This document shows, in pieces, positions 1 to 55,613 of a stretch of 64,000 bases of DNA. The position numbers and the translations under genes are program-made. The stretch lies in the NCBI GenBank assembly GCA_951406725.2, contig OX597833.1:72168001-72232000 (forward strand), read 5' to 3'. This stretch comes from Octopus vulgaris. Its lineage: Eukaryota. The notes beneath the pieces were generated by a model. The model was not told the origin of the DNA. It was given only the letters and a program-made list of their open reading frames with translations, and ran no database searches. Numbering within the stretch: the first letter of the stretch is position 1; each line of letters opens with the position of its first letter.

Positions 1-339
1 ACACTAACATTATTCATCTAGAGGAGCATTCTGGTTTCTTTCAAACCTTCTCATATATTCTCAGCAGTCACCACCTATGTCCTATGTTCACTGCCATGTA
101 GCATAACTGTTCAAATACAGGTGTCGTACAATCTGCCTTTCACTCTGAAGGAGAGGCCCTTTGTTATTAACAATAGTAGATCACCATCATCGTTGTTCGA
201 CCATGGTCAAGACAATGGAATTTACTATGTTATGCCAGACCTCACAGTCCATCATAGCATTACGGAGGTCATGTTACTGGCTGCCAGTATCCATGGAGAT
301 TACACCAGGGTAGGAGAGTGTGCGTTATCTGGTATCGCG

Positions 340-690
340 AGCAGATGGCTTCCAGAGAAGAGTAGAAATTATTTCGTTTTCAGCTCTACAACAATGTCCA
401 GCAAACTGGACTCTTCTACCTTACACAAGAGATGATACAGGTGGTAATTTCCCATGTATTTGTACTTTGGTTGGATGACGCTTCCACGAGAGATTTTGAG
501 CTCTCATAAGGAGACAAGTATAATAAGTTCCATCCAACTGCCTCTCCAGCTTCTTTGATAACATCCAGGTTTCTGAGCTATATAGTAGAATTGGTTCAAC
601 TGTGGCTTTGAAGATTTTAAGCTTGAAATCTCTACTTAGATTTGATGACCAGATCTTATGCATATCATTACAGGCAGACAATATAGTTCT
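340..690 (-). mobile_element. Non-LTR retrotransposon (RTE-like) RT C-terminal fragment
   Basis: ORF 421-681(-) KLKIFKATVEPILLYSSETW...LLMRAQNLSWKRH resembles the post-RT region of RTE-type LINEs; truncated and degraded. Confidence 0.7.
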
Positions 691-1311
691 AGAGACACAA
701 AATATATGAGCTAGTCATGGTTGATATGCTTTGATCATAAGTTTGCTCAACTAGGGTTGTCTTGAGGGCTAAACATCAGCAAAATTATAAAAACAATTTT
801 TTAAGCTTTACTTGCTCTCAAGAATAAGATGCATATTGCTGTTTCACTTGCAGCTGTTGTTGGGCAAGTGTTTTTTTACTATAGCCTTGGGTTGACCAAT
901 GCCTTATGAGTATATTTAGTAGATGGAAGCTGTGAAAACCCACCAGATATATGTGTACTTGTATTGTTGATGCTTGATCCTAAGTCAACTCTGATTGAAT
1001 AGACCAATGAGCAAAAGTATTTTAGTCAAGATCATCTGGCCTTTTTCTATATCTACAACATAATTGTCTAATGTATTCTTTCTGTTTTGTGACAGCAAGT
1101 TGTAAATTCAAGGAGTTTGATTACTAAGAGAGCAAGTGATCATATAGAATCTCTTTTAAATGCTTGAAGTACCTCTTGAATTAAGCTGTGTCCCAAATTG
1201 CATGTCTTTATGTAAAAGTATAACTTAGCTAGTCAAAAAATAGTCATCAATAAAATAAACCCTTTGATGCTGGTGCTGTTGCATGATCACAGCCTAGTGA
1301 CTGAACAGTGG

Positions 1312-1355
<44 letters not shown>

Positions 1356-1505
1356 ATGCGTGCGTGTGTATGTGTGTCTGTGTGAATATTTTGTTTGACA
1401 TTGAGAAAATGTGTAAAATTTATTAACTGTATACCCAATCAAACCATCTAGCTCATTCCAGCATGGAAAATAGATGTTTGATGATGATGATGTCTATATT
1501 TACAG

Positions 1506-45330
<43,825 letters not shown>

Positions 45331-45503
45331 AGATTGTTTGTATAAAAACATTATATATGAAACCATTCAAAGTCTTCTTTTTTATAACTGGTTTCTATCA
45401 CTGTTCTTGTGCAAGATCTCAAAGAATATAGGAAAAACTTCCATTCTAAATTGCTTGCAACAAGAACTGTTGTTTACAGATATTTTCCTTATTTAATACA
45501 AAA

Positions 45504-45534
45504 AATAAAAAATAAATAAAACTCTTTTAAATAA
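45504..45534 (+). terminator. Polyadenylation signal cluster of gene A
   Basis: Four AATAAA hexamers about 175-205 nt after the stop, followed by a GT/T-rich tract. Confidence 0.65.
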
Positions 45535-46342
45535 AAGAAGGTAACTGTTTTTTTATTAGATTTCTCTCCAATTCGCTTTTACCCTCTTGCCCCTGCCACT
45601 TCTCACAGATACAGTTATCATCAAGTCATCATAAGTATCATCTCAGTTTGTATTTTTGTATTTATATTACACACACACACACACATGCGCACACACACAT
45701 GCACACCCACACACACACACACAATATTCAAGTGTACAAATGGAAGAAAAAGCACGCAAAACTACAGTGAAGTCTATGAATCCAATTGAAAATGTTGCTT
45801 GTCATTACTTGATATTTACCATCTGAAAGAATAGGTAAGTATGGGCAAGAGAGTATTGCAACAGAGTAAACTGGTAGCTTTCTGTAAATATACATATGTA
45901 TGCAGTGGCCCGGGAACAAAATTTGCTTAGGGGGTGCAAACTCAGTTCCAAAGTTTGGCACTACTGGAGAAGTGTGGATCCGAGTTCTGGGAGTGTGCAT
46001 GTCACAAATTTGCACATGCAAGCGCATTAGTCGTAAGTAGTCGATTTTAGCCCACAGGTAGACAACGAGATTAATCTGTTGCTACTTGCTGTAAATGGAG
46101 GGTGGGTTATCCATCTAATACAAGAAGAAAATTGCAGATAAATTGAATAAAAACATGAAAAATAAACAAAATGATATTTCATTGAAAAGTAAACCATTCT
46201 GAAAGATAGTTCAGAATGTTTTCAAAACATTCATCTCCAGCTTTTCCCATACTTTATTAAGGGTTAGGGGTTAGGGTTGAGGGTTAGGTTGAGGGTTAGG
46301 GGAGATGAATGTTTTTTTCAGTATTCAATGATTATTTTTCAT

Positions 46343-47638
46343 GGATCTTTTCACTTTGACCGGCAGATTTTTGAAATCATTTCTTTGTAACTAAACACGT
46401 TTAAACTTCGTATACTGGTAGAATGTGTTACATAAAACATCTTTTTCTCTTGGCTTTCTTGAGAAAATTCTGTAGTTTGTAAGCTATTTGTTGTTAAATT
46501 TCTTGCATTTCGGCAATTTCAACCAATCAATGACGTCTATTGAGATGAATACAATTTCTGCTGTAGTTTGTCAACAACAATTTCCTGCGGTGTCTACTCA
46601 GTTTGTCAGTTATTTATGACATATTTCATATCAGTTACGTTCCCATGAATAAAAGATTATCGTTATTAAACTTTTATTAATAAACACATATTCTAAGTTC
46701 ACAACACATGCAGTTTTAATTTCCCTCTCTGTTGCACAGATACACACATTACATATTATATATTCGTTTAAGAAACAGATTGGGTTTATTTACATTTCTG
46801 AAGAAAAAAGATACCCTTCCCTCCACCCTAACCCCTAACCCTAAAACAGATTGAAATGCAATAGATCGATACTAGGGTCATAATTATGGGTGGACACTAT
46901 ATGTGGGAACGGTTTTCTTATCCAGCTCTGTTTACGAGTGACCCCTCAGTTTATGGCCACAAAATGTTTATATTTGCAGCTTATTTACATTTCTGATGAA
47001 AAAAAGATACCCTCTCACCCCACCCCTGACCCTAATCCCACATATATAAAAAATAAAAACTTTACGGAAAGTGACGATCTTCAAATGTAAACAAATACAC
47101 GTGTGTGGTCATAAACTGAGCTGGAAAACAAAACCGTTCCTTCATTTAGTGTCCACCCATAATTATGACCCTAGTATCGATCAATTGCATTTCAATCTGT
47201 TTTAGGGTTAGGGGTGGGGGGAAAGTATCTTTTTTCTTCAGAAATGTAAATAAGCTGCAAATATAAACATTTTGTGGCCATAAACTGAGGGGTCACTCGT
47301 AAACAGAGCTGGATAAGAAAACCGTTCCCACATTTATTGTCCACCCATAATTATGACCCTAGTATCGATCTATTATTGACACCGCCGGAAGTTGTTGTTG
47401 AAATTGTTGCCAAACAACAGCAGAAATTGTATTTACCTTAATAGACGTCATTGATTGGTTAAAATTGCCGAAATGCAAGAAATTTAACAACAAATAGCTT
47501 ACAATCTACAGAATTTTCTCAAGAAAGCCAAGAGAAAAAGATGTTTTATGTAACACATTCTACCAGTATACGAAGTTTAAAGTGTTTAGTTACAAAGAAA
47601 GTAATTTCAAAAATCTGCCGGTCAAAGTGAAAAGATCC
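46343..47638. mobile_element. Complete foldback element with 9-bp TSD (Mutator-like; Merlin not excluded)
   Basis: About 250-bp TIRs GGATCTTTTCACTTTGACCGGCAG...CTGCCGGTCAAAGTGAAAAGATCC; flanks ATTTTTCAT / ATTTTTCAC (copy 1 has ATTTTTCAC on its left). Confidence 0.85.
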
Positions 47639-47811
47639 ATTTTTCACTTTTATATTCAATTTATTTGCAATTTTCTTTTTGTATTACATGGATAACCCCG
47701 CTCCATTTACTGCAAGCAGTGCTCATCCGTGCATCTCGTTGTTTCCCTTTTTGTTAAAATCACCTAGTAGTGTGTATCCGCGCGTCTCGTCGTTTGCCTT
47801 ATGAGCTAAAG

Positions 47812-48060
47812 TTCTAGTTAGGCTAATGATAACATATTTAATGCAGGGATGCATTAAAAAAAGCTAACCAAAATGCTCCCTGCATTTAATATGTTAACAT
47901 TGATTAAGGTATCAGCTTTCAAACCTATTGGACGGTGTGTCTAAGTTATATCTGCATAATTTAAGCATAAATTATGCAACAAGACTGAGGACAGATAACC
48001 TCAAAATTTTAAATGACCTTTATAACATGTCAGTATTTATCTTCAAGTCCCTATACATGT

Positions 48061-48091
<31 letters not shown>

Positions 48092-48995
48092 TATATATAT
48101 ATTATCATCATCATCATCATTGTCATGATCTAACGTCTGTTTCCAATACTGGCATGGGTTGACAGGAGTTGACCAGTTGAAGAACTGCCTGGGCTCCATG
48201 TCTGTTTTGTCATGGTTTCTACAGCGGGATGCTCTTCCTAACACCAACCACTTTACAGAGTGTACTGGGTACTTTTACGCAGCACTAGCACAGATGCTTT
48301 TATGTGGCACCATCACTCACGGGCCTGCAACCTAAGGATCACTCGGCTGAAAGAGGGTTTTAGGGGACATGCCTGTATGCAAGGGCAACCATGATTTTAC
48401 TTAGCTTGTCATGGTCTTCTCAAGCACAGCAAATGGCCAGAAGACTCAGTCCCTTGTCAGCTCCTCTGTGAGGCCCAATGTCTGAAGTTCCTTTCTCACC
48501 ATTTTGTCTTCCTAGCTCTACACCTTCCACATGTTCACTCCACAATTAGAGACCAGCACTTCTTAATGCAACCGTCTTCATTCATATGCATCACATGGCC
48601 ACACAAGTGCTCTCTCTTCTCTCTTGCAGACTACATCTGATGCTACATATGCCCGGTTTATCCCTCAAATCACTTACACTCTCTCATATAAGCACACTGA
48701 CATCACCCATCCAGCAGAGAATACTGGCTTAATTTCTTTCAAGCCTTTGCATATCCTCAGTATTCACATCCCATGTCTCACTGCCACTGGAGACTGGAAA
48801 TTGTTTTTGGTATCATAATATTTATTCACCAGTAAGAAGGAATCAACTGGGATTTACCCTAACTCTCTACACAATAGTATGTGCACATAATTGTGGAGGT
48901 TCACATGTTTTGATGCCAAAATTCAGTCCATGGTGTTGTAAGTTTATGAGGTGGTAGATTCATAAGTCTGTGTGTATATGTATTCCATGGATCAT
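47812..48995 (-). repeat. Inverted copy of 51957-53159 (left arm of 1.2-kb inverted repeat)
   Basis: Reverse complement read end to end; ORF 48624-48818(+) is identical to 52134-52328(-); I saw only one substitution plus microsatellite length differences. Confidence 0.97.
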
Positions 48996-49218
48996 TTATT
49001 TGTACATCTTTCTATGAATTCATTTCTATTCCGTTATTTTGATATGATTGTGTGTGTGTGTATGAATTTTCAAAGTGTGAATTGTCTCTTGTGCATGAAC
49101 GAAAGAAGGTTGATTCTCTTATGTTTAAAGTATTCATTGTCGATGTTATGGTATTCATACTTAAGAATTTCATGCATGATCTCCCACCCACTTTGACACC
49201 CCTCCAACCTGAATAAGT
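48994..49218 (+). repeat. Direct copy of 51577-51801 (225 bp)
   Basis: Identical except one visible substitution (TCGATG/TTGATG). Confidence 0.96.
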
Positions 49219-49514
49219 GACTTTCCAATTTGCCGTGAAACCATTTGGTAGCTGGTATCGTTACAAGGTCTATTTATATTTATATTTAAACGATGATGAT
49301 GATGATGATGATGATGATTGTATATTTATAGAGAGGGCAAATTTAGCCGGTACTACTTAGGAAGAGTGGTCCCGGTGCGTGCACTCACGTACTTGCGCAT
49401 CCACGCTAGCTAGTCGTGACTAGTCGATCCTTACTTTGTGTTTTTGTGTTTTATTTACTTTGTTTAAAAAGATTATTTACTTTGTGTTTTATTTACTTTG
49501 TTTTAAAAAAAATT

Positions 49515-50173
49515 GGATCTTTTCCTTTTGAACGGCAGTTTTCAACACAATTTCTAGTTAACTAAACACTTTTAAGCTTCGTTTTCTGGTAGAATGTGTC
49601 AAAATAAAACATTTTTTTCTCTTGGCTTTCTTGAGAAAAATGTAATTTGTAAGTTTAACGTAGTTTAATTTTTTGAATTTTAACCAATTAATGGCCTCTA
49701 TTGAGCTAAAATCATTTGCTGCGTCTAAAACAGACAACATCCTGTCACTAACCCTAACCCTAAATTTTAGCCTTTCGTTTGTTTTTTTTTCTTAATTGTT
49801 AAATTAATTTAATTGTTATGCGTGTGTCTAAAATTATTTGTTTTGTTTTTGTTTTGAACTATTTTCCATTGCTTTTGTTTTTTTTTTTTTCTTAATTGTT
49901 AAATTATTAAAACAAATAATTTTAGACACACGCGCGTAACAATTAAATTAATTTAACAATTAAGAAAAAAGAAATGAAAGGCTAAAATTTACGGTTAGGG
50001 TTAGGGTTAGTGACAGGATGTTGTCTGTTTTAGACGCAGCAAATGATTTTAGCTCAATAGAGGCCATTGATTGGTCAAAATTTGAAAAATGAAACTACTT
50101 TAAACTTACAAATTACAATTTTCTCAAGAAAGCCAAGAGAAAAAAATGTTTTATTTTGACACATTCTACCAGA
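49515..50173. mobile_element. Second-subfamily foldback element inserted in the centre of the mariner MITE, right arm truncated
   Basis: GGATCTTTTCCTTTTGAACGGCAG...; arms about 49585-49850 / 49905-50173; TAACCC/GGGTTA motifs. Confidence 0.8.
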
Positions 50174-50489
50174 GCTTATCATCACATTCTTCTAGAAAAT
50201 AATTCTCAAGCTAATGAGGGATCCCCTAACTTGGTTGCTTGATCTGCCAGAAATAGCATCCAATTTCCATCAGATTATACTCTAGCATCTTAAAAGTAAT
50301 GTGGTCCCAGTTTTACTGCACAACCCATGTCAGCATGGAAAGTGGATGTTAAACGACGACGACAACGAGGAAGAAAAAGAACCAGAGTGATCACTGTTGA
50401 AATCTCTTTGATCACATAACTTCTCCATAAAGATTGGCATTTGGTTTTGCTTCACTGAAAGTCACCCTGTGTTACCTATGTTACTTAAC

Positions 50490-51179
50490 ATAGGTAAATC
50501 ATTCAATTTCTCTTTAATAAATCACTCCTCTTTCTCTTCTTATTCTTTGGTATCATTCTCATATTATTTCCATGCTTCTACCCTATACCCCTCTCTTTTT
50601 CCCTTGTTTATTCTATCTCCCTTTTCTCTTTCCATCTGTCTTTATTGCACTTTTTCATTCTCTTTTTACCTTTCTCAGTTTTTTTTTTCTCTCTCTTCTT
50701 TTGTCTTTTCTTTTCTTTTCTCCACTCTTATCCCCTGTCTCTCTTTGCTTTTTTCTGTTCCCCTTTTCCACCACATTTCCATACATTTTCCCCCTTTCTA
50801 CCTCTTATTTCTTTCCACTTTCTCTCTTACTGTTTTTTCAGATCCAAAAATCCCCTTATTTATATCTTTTCCTTTACTTCTTTCTCTTCCTCTTTTTCTC
50901 TCTCATCTGCCTTTCTATTCCCTATTCTTCACCACACTGTTTCAATTCTTGCTCTTTCTCTTTAAACACCAACCCCATTTATTTATTTTTCATTTAACTC
51001 TTTCTCTCTCTCCACATTTTCCAATATTGCACAATCATCAACCTATTTTTTTGTTCCACTTTTCCACACCCTCCACTCTCTTCTCATTCATTCACTATTC
51101 TTCTTTATCTCTATTTCTTTCTCTCTCTCCCCTCTCCCTCCCTCCCTCTCCCCTCTCCATCCTCTCTCTTTTCTTTCAG
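50490..51179 (+). other. About 690-bp pyrimidine-rich tract ending in a strong 3' splice acceptor
   Basis: Very T/C-rich, ends TTTTCTTTCAG 55 nt before gene B ATG. Confidence 0.7.
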
Positions 51180-51234
51180 TTATGTCATTTCGGTGCTTTT
51201 CCTAACTGTCATTCATCTCATATTCCACAAGCTT

Positions 51235-51279
51235 ATGGCAGGCGACAACTTTCAAGCATTCTGTGAGTCACCACTTTGG
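51235..51279 (+). CDS. ABCC1: Gene B (second ABCC1/MRP1-like) first coding exon
   Basis: ATG GCA...: MAGDNFQAFCESPLW|gtaaat, matching the MRP N-terminal FC...PLW motif; phase 0 fits the next exon; missed by the ORF track. Confidence 0.88.
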
Positions 51280-51956
51280 GTAAATATTAGAGAGTTTGTT
51301 ATTTTTTTCTCTCGCATTTACTTTAGTTCACATTAACAAAACTCTAAGTGGTTTGTTTGTATTTTTTCTTTATCTGTATATCTAAATAGCCATTTAGAGG
51401 TCAGCTTGTAAATCTATCTGTCATTTTAGCTGTTGGCCTACCTTTCTAGCGACATATCTCACTAGCTTACTGTCTATCTGTTTGTTTATCTGCCACCTTG
51501 TCTGTCCATCTCTGTACTTCTCAAGCTATAATCCGGCTGTATATTTGTTGAGCTAAATATTTTATTCAATGTACTTATTTATTTGTACATCTTTCTATGA
51601 ATTCATTTCTATTCCGTTATTTTGATATGATTGTGTGTGTGTGTATGAATTTTCAAAGTGTGAATTGTCTCTTGTGCATGAACGAAAGAAGGTTGATTCT
51701 CTTATGTTTAAAGTATTCATTGTTGATGTTATGGTATTCATACTTAAGAATTTCATGCATGATCTCCCACCCACTTTGACACCCCTCCAACCTGAATAAG
51801 TTTTTTTCTCTGGACACCAATTATATGCATTATATGAATATTATGTATAAAAGACACATGCCTCCATAAACTTATGCTGGATTCCTTCATTGAACAGATA
51901 TATGTGCATTAAACATATTCATGACACCACATGGTTCACAGAATTCATGACATCAC

Positions 51957-52849
51957 ATGATCCATGGAATACATATACACACAGACTTATGAATCTACCA
52001 CCTCATAAACTTACAACACCATGGACTGAATTTTGGCATCAAAACATGTGAACCTCCACAATTATGTGCACATACTATTGTGTAGAGAGTTAGGGTAAAT
52101 CCCAGTTGATTCCTTCTTACTGGTGAATAAATATTATGATACCAAAAACAATTTCCAGTCTCCAGTGGCAGTGAGACATGGGATGTGAATACTGAGGATA
52201 TGCAAAGGCTTGAAAGAAATTAAGCCAGTATTCTCTGCTGGATGGGTGATGTCAGTGTGCTTATATGAGAGAGTGTAAGTGATTTGAGGGATAAACCGGG
52301 CATATGTAGCATCAGATGTAGTCTGCAAGAGAGAAGAGAGAGCACTTGTGTGGCCATGTGATGCATATGAATGAAGACGGTTGCATTAAGAAGTGCTGGT
52401 CTCTAATTGTGGAGTGAACATGTGGAAGGTGTAGAGCTAGGAAGACAAAATGGTGAGAAAGGAACTTCAGACATTGGGCCTCACAGAGGAGCTGACAAGG
52501 GACTGAGTCTTCTGGCCATTTGCTGTGCTTGAGAAGACCATGACAAGCTAAGTAAAATCATGGTTGCCCTTGCATACAGGCATGTCCCCTAAAACCCTCT
52601 TTCAGCCGAGTGATCCTTAGGTTGCAGGCCCGTGAGTGATGGTGCCACATAAAAGCATCTGTGCTAGTGCTGCGTAAAAGTACCCAGTACACTCTGTAAA
52701 GTGGTTGGTGTTAGGAAGAGCATCCCACTGTAGAAACCATGACAAAACAGACATGGAGCCCAGGCAGTTCTTCAACTGGTCAACTCCTGTCAACCCATGC
52801 CAGTATTGGAAACAGACGTTAGATCATGACAATGATGATGATGATGATA

Positions 52850-52882
<33 letters not shown>

Positions 52883-53159
52883 TATTGTGTGTGTGTGTGT
52901 GTGTGTGTGTACATGTATAGGGACTTGAAGATAAATACTGACATGTTATAAAGGTCATTTAAAATTTTGAGGTTATCTGTCCTCAGTCTTGTTGCATAAT
53001 TTATGCTTAAATTATGCAGATATAACTTAGACACACCGTCCAATAGGTTTGAAAGCTGATACCTTAATCAATGTTAACATATTAAATGCAGGGAGCATTT
53101 TGGTTAGCTTTTTTTAATGCATCCCTGCATTAAATATGTTATCATTAGCCTAACTAGAA
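51957..53159 (+). repeat. Right arm (source) of the 1.2-kb inverted repeat, gene B intron 1; includes an RTE 3' remnant
   Basis: Reverse complement of 47812-48995. Confidence 0.97.
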
Positions 53160-53623
53160 TGTGTATAGTAATTGTGATGCTGATTCTGTCTTATGTGAAT
53201 AGTTTGTTATTATATCCTCCATTGACTGGTTGGATTTATCTAAGCACGAAACTCTGAGCAACAATGTTTTAGGTTAGAAAGAGCATCCATCCACTGAACC
53301 CATGGCAAAAGGGACAGTGGAGCTTGACAGATTCATCTGACCTGTTGGATCCTGTCAAACTGTCCAACCCTTGACAACAGGGAAAACAGATATGTATCAT
53401 GATGATGATATCTATATGTACAGAACATATGTGCTTGAAAAGGTTAAACAAAAGCATTCACACACTAGAAAAAAAAAACTTCCTTTCATAGCATATTTTT
53501 AAAAAAATTAATTTTTTAAAAATCATCTGTACACTTCAAAAACTGTGTCAAGTAATTCAAATAAACTTTCAAGTATATCTATATCTATATCTATATATAT
53601 ATATTAAAATTGATACAGTCTAA

Positions 53624-55183
53624 TAAAGGGGAGAGTGAAAAATAGAACTTTAGAAATTGGTAACGAAGAATCGATGTTTTGTTGTGAATTAGGGTTAAAA
53701 GAAAGGTGTATAAAGAACTTTGCAATTAAAAATTTTAAAGATAGCTATTTTTGATCAAATTTTGGATTTCATGCATTATATATTGTAACAAATACATATT
53801 TCTATATAGCAGAATGCAAAACAGTCAATATAGTATCCTTAAGAGGTTGCATGGAAAGTTTCAATACAATTGACTAATATCTTGGTCATTGACTATAAAA
53901 AGAACGGAAATGCAAAATTCTCTTCAGTGCTGCTGCAATGGTCATTGTGTGGACATATGTCATATGTGTGTGAAGTTTTCTGCTTTCTACCTTGACTTTA
54001 GGCCATCATATTAAAATTAATGATCGTGTTAACTTTAATGTTGTTTACATTTAGTGATGACTTATAAGCCAATAAAGTCTCATAATAGTGAATGCCCAAT
54101 ATTTGGTACTCCATGTGATCTCAGTGAGCAAGTTTTGCCAGCTTACAAGGATGTACTAAAATGCATTTTATTTGAACGAGAAAAAGAAAAGTATGCAGTT
54201 AAGAAGTATCTTTCAATTAAACAAATTGTGAAGATTGTAGCAGAAAAGATAACTCTTCTTCGGCAAAAGGTATCCATCCCTTGTGTTATGATTCAGTCAG
54301 TTGAACCGAAAATCTTAAACTTTTATCTAAAGAACCAAGCATTACTAAAATCTGTGAAAAATAGAAAAAATGTGCCATCATCTCAAACAGTGTGTAATGT
54401 GTTTAAAAACAATGCAACAAAAGATTTATTTGACATGTCCTGTTGCAAGTGCAACTCCTTTAAAAACTGCAGTTGTGGTAGAGACAACAAAAGTACCACA
54501 GAGAGATTAATTTACAGGATTAATGGACAAATCGGAAAATGATCATTGGCAGAATAGATCAAGCAGTATCTAAACAGAATGTTCTGAGGTTAATTAGAAA
54601 GAATTGGCCAGATCACAGTTGCCCTTCTACATCAGCAAAGGAAAGTTTAAGGTTTTCGGTTTAACTGACTCAGCCGTAACCCAAGGGATGGATGACTTTT
54701 GCCAAAGAAGAATTATCTTTTCTGCTACAATCTTGACAATTTGTTGAATTTATTTTAATGTGTGTGTAAACTAGACCTCATGTAACATGTATATTCAGTG
54801 ACCCTGTATTAAAAATGATAAATAAAACAAAGTTGAAAAGTCTATTTATTTCAGATAATTTCAAAATTTCAAGTGCACTGTGGAGCCTGAGGATATAAAT
54901 TTTAGAACTTAAGATTTTAACCCTTGTTTTTAAAGGATTTCACAAAAAAAAATTGATCCGTAGCAATGAACGTAAAAAATAAAATGAGGAATGGCACACG
55001 TGTTATAAATTGATTTTTTGCTCATTATTCAAAATTTCAAGTGGGCTGCGGAGCGTGAAGACGTAAATTTAAGAACTGCAGATTTTAACACAGATGTTTT
55101 TAAAGGATTTCGCAATAAAAAATATATTCTTGAAAACATATTTCAAAAATCTGTGTAAAAAGTACCTTTTTCACTCCACCCTA
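53624..55183 (+). mobile_element. Internally deleted hAT (hATm-like) transposon
   Basis: Imperfect TIRs TAAAGGGGAGAGTGAAAAA / TTTTTCACTCCACCCTA; TSD CAGTCTAA / CTGTCTAA; ORF 54054-54542 CPIFGTP..LPAYKDVLKC...DLFDMSCCKC resembles a transposase N-terminus; subterminal repeats at about 54860 and 55030. Confidence 0.7.
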
Positions 55184-55613
55184 CTGTCTAATTCATGCCA
55201 GCATGGAAAACATTAAATGATGATGATGATATATATATCAAATAGGTTACAAGACAAGACCCCTCAACTGAGCAGGGAGTAGTGTTGAGTGGGGTGGCTT
55301 TGTACCAGGAAATGAGACGTTAGAGTATGAATAGAGGGACAGAAATAGGTGTCTTGCAGTAAAAGGAAATTCATGGCTATCTCAGTTGGAGAAAAAGAGA
55401 GGTGAGATGATGGCGAATATGTGACAGGGTAGGGAGCGGGAAGCAGTTTGATTTCTCTTTCTTTTTCCTTGAGACTTTCATGACAATGTTGTGCATAAAG
55501 ATTATTTCCAATAAAAGTTTCTGGCTTCTGCTCTCTTGGATATTCCAACCTGCTATCATTCAGGAAAAAACATGATACATGGTCCCTGCTCACCAATGAC
55601 TATTTATTCTGTA

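Larger units (their letters stand above)
45903..50173 (+). mobile_element. hAT-type composite element, copy 2 (right end missing) carrying captured host DNA
   Basis: Starts CAGTGGCCCGGGAAC and is near-identical to 5164-6597; resumes at 49219 with sequence matching 7320-7600; no right TIR or TSD found. Confidence 0.88.

Noticed and set aside
50469-51266. 265-aa hydrophobic ORF and overlapping ORFs
   Set aside because: Artefact of a pyrimidine-rich tract (F/S/L/P bias); the real coding part is the 45-nt exon in another frame
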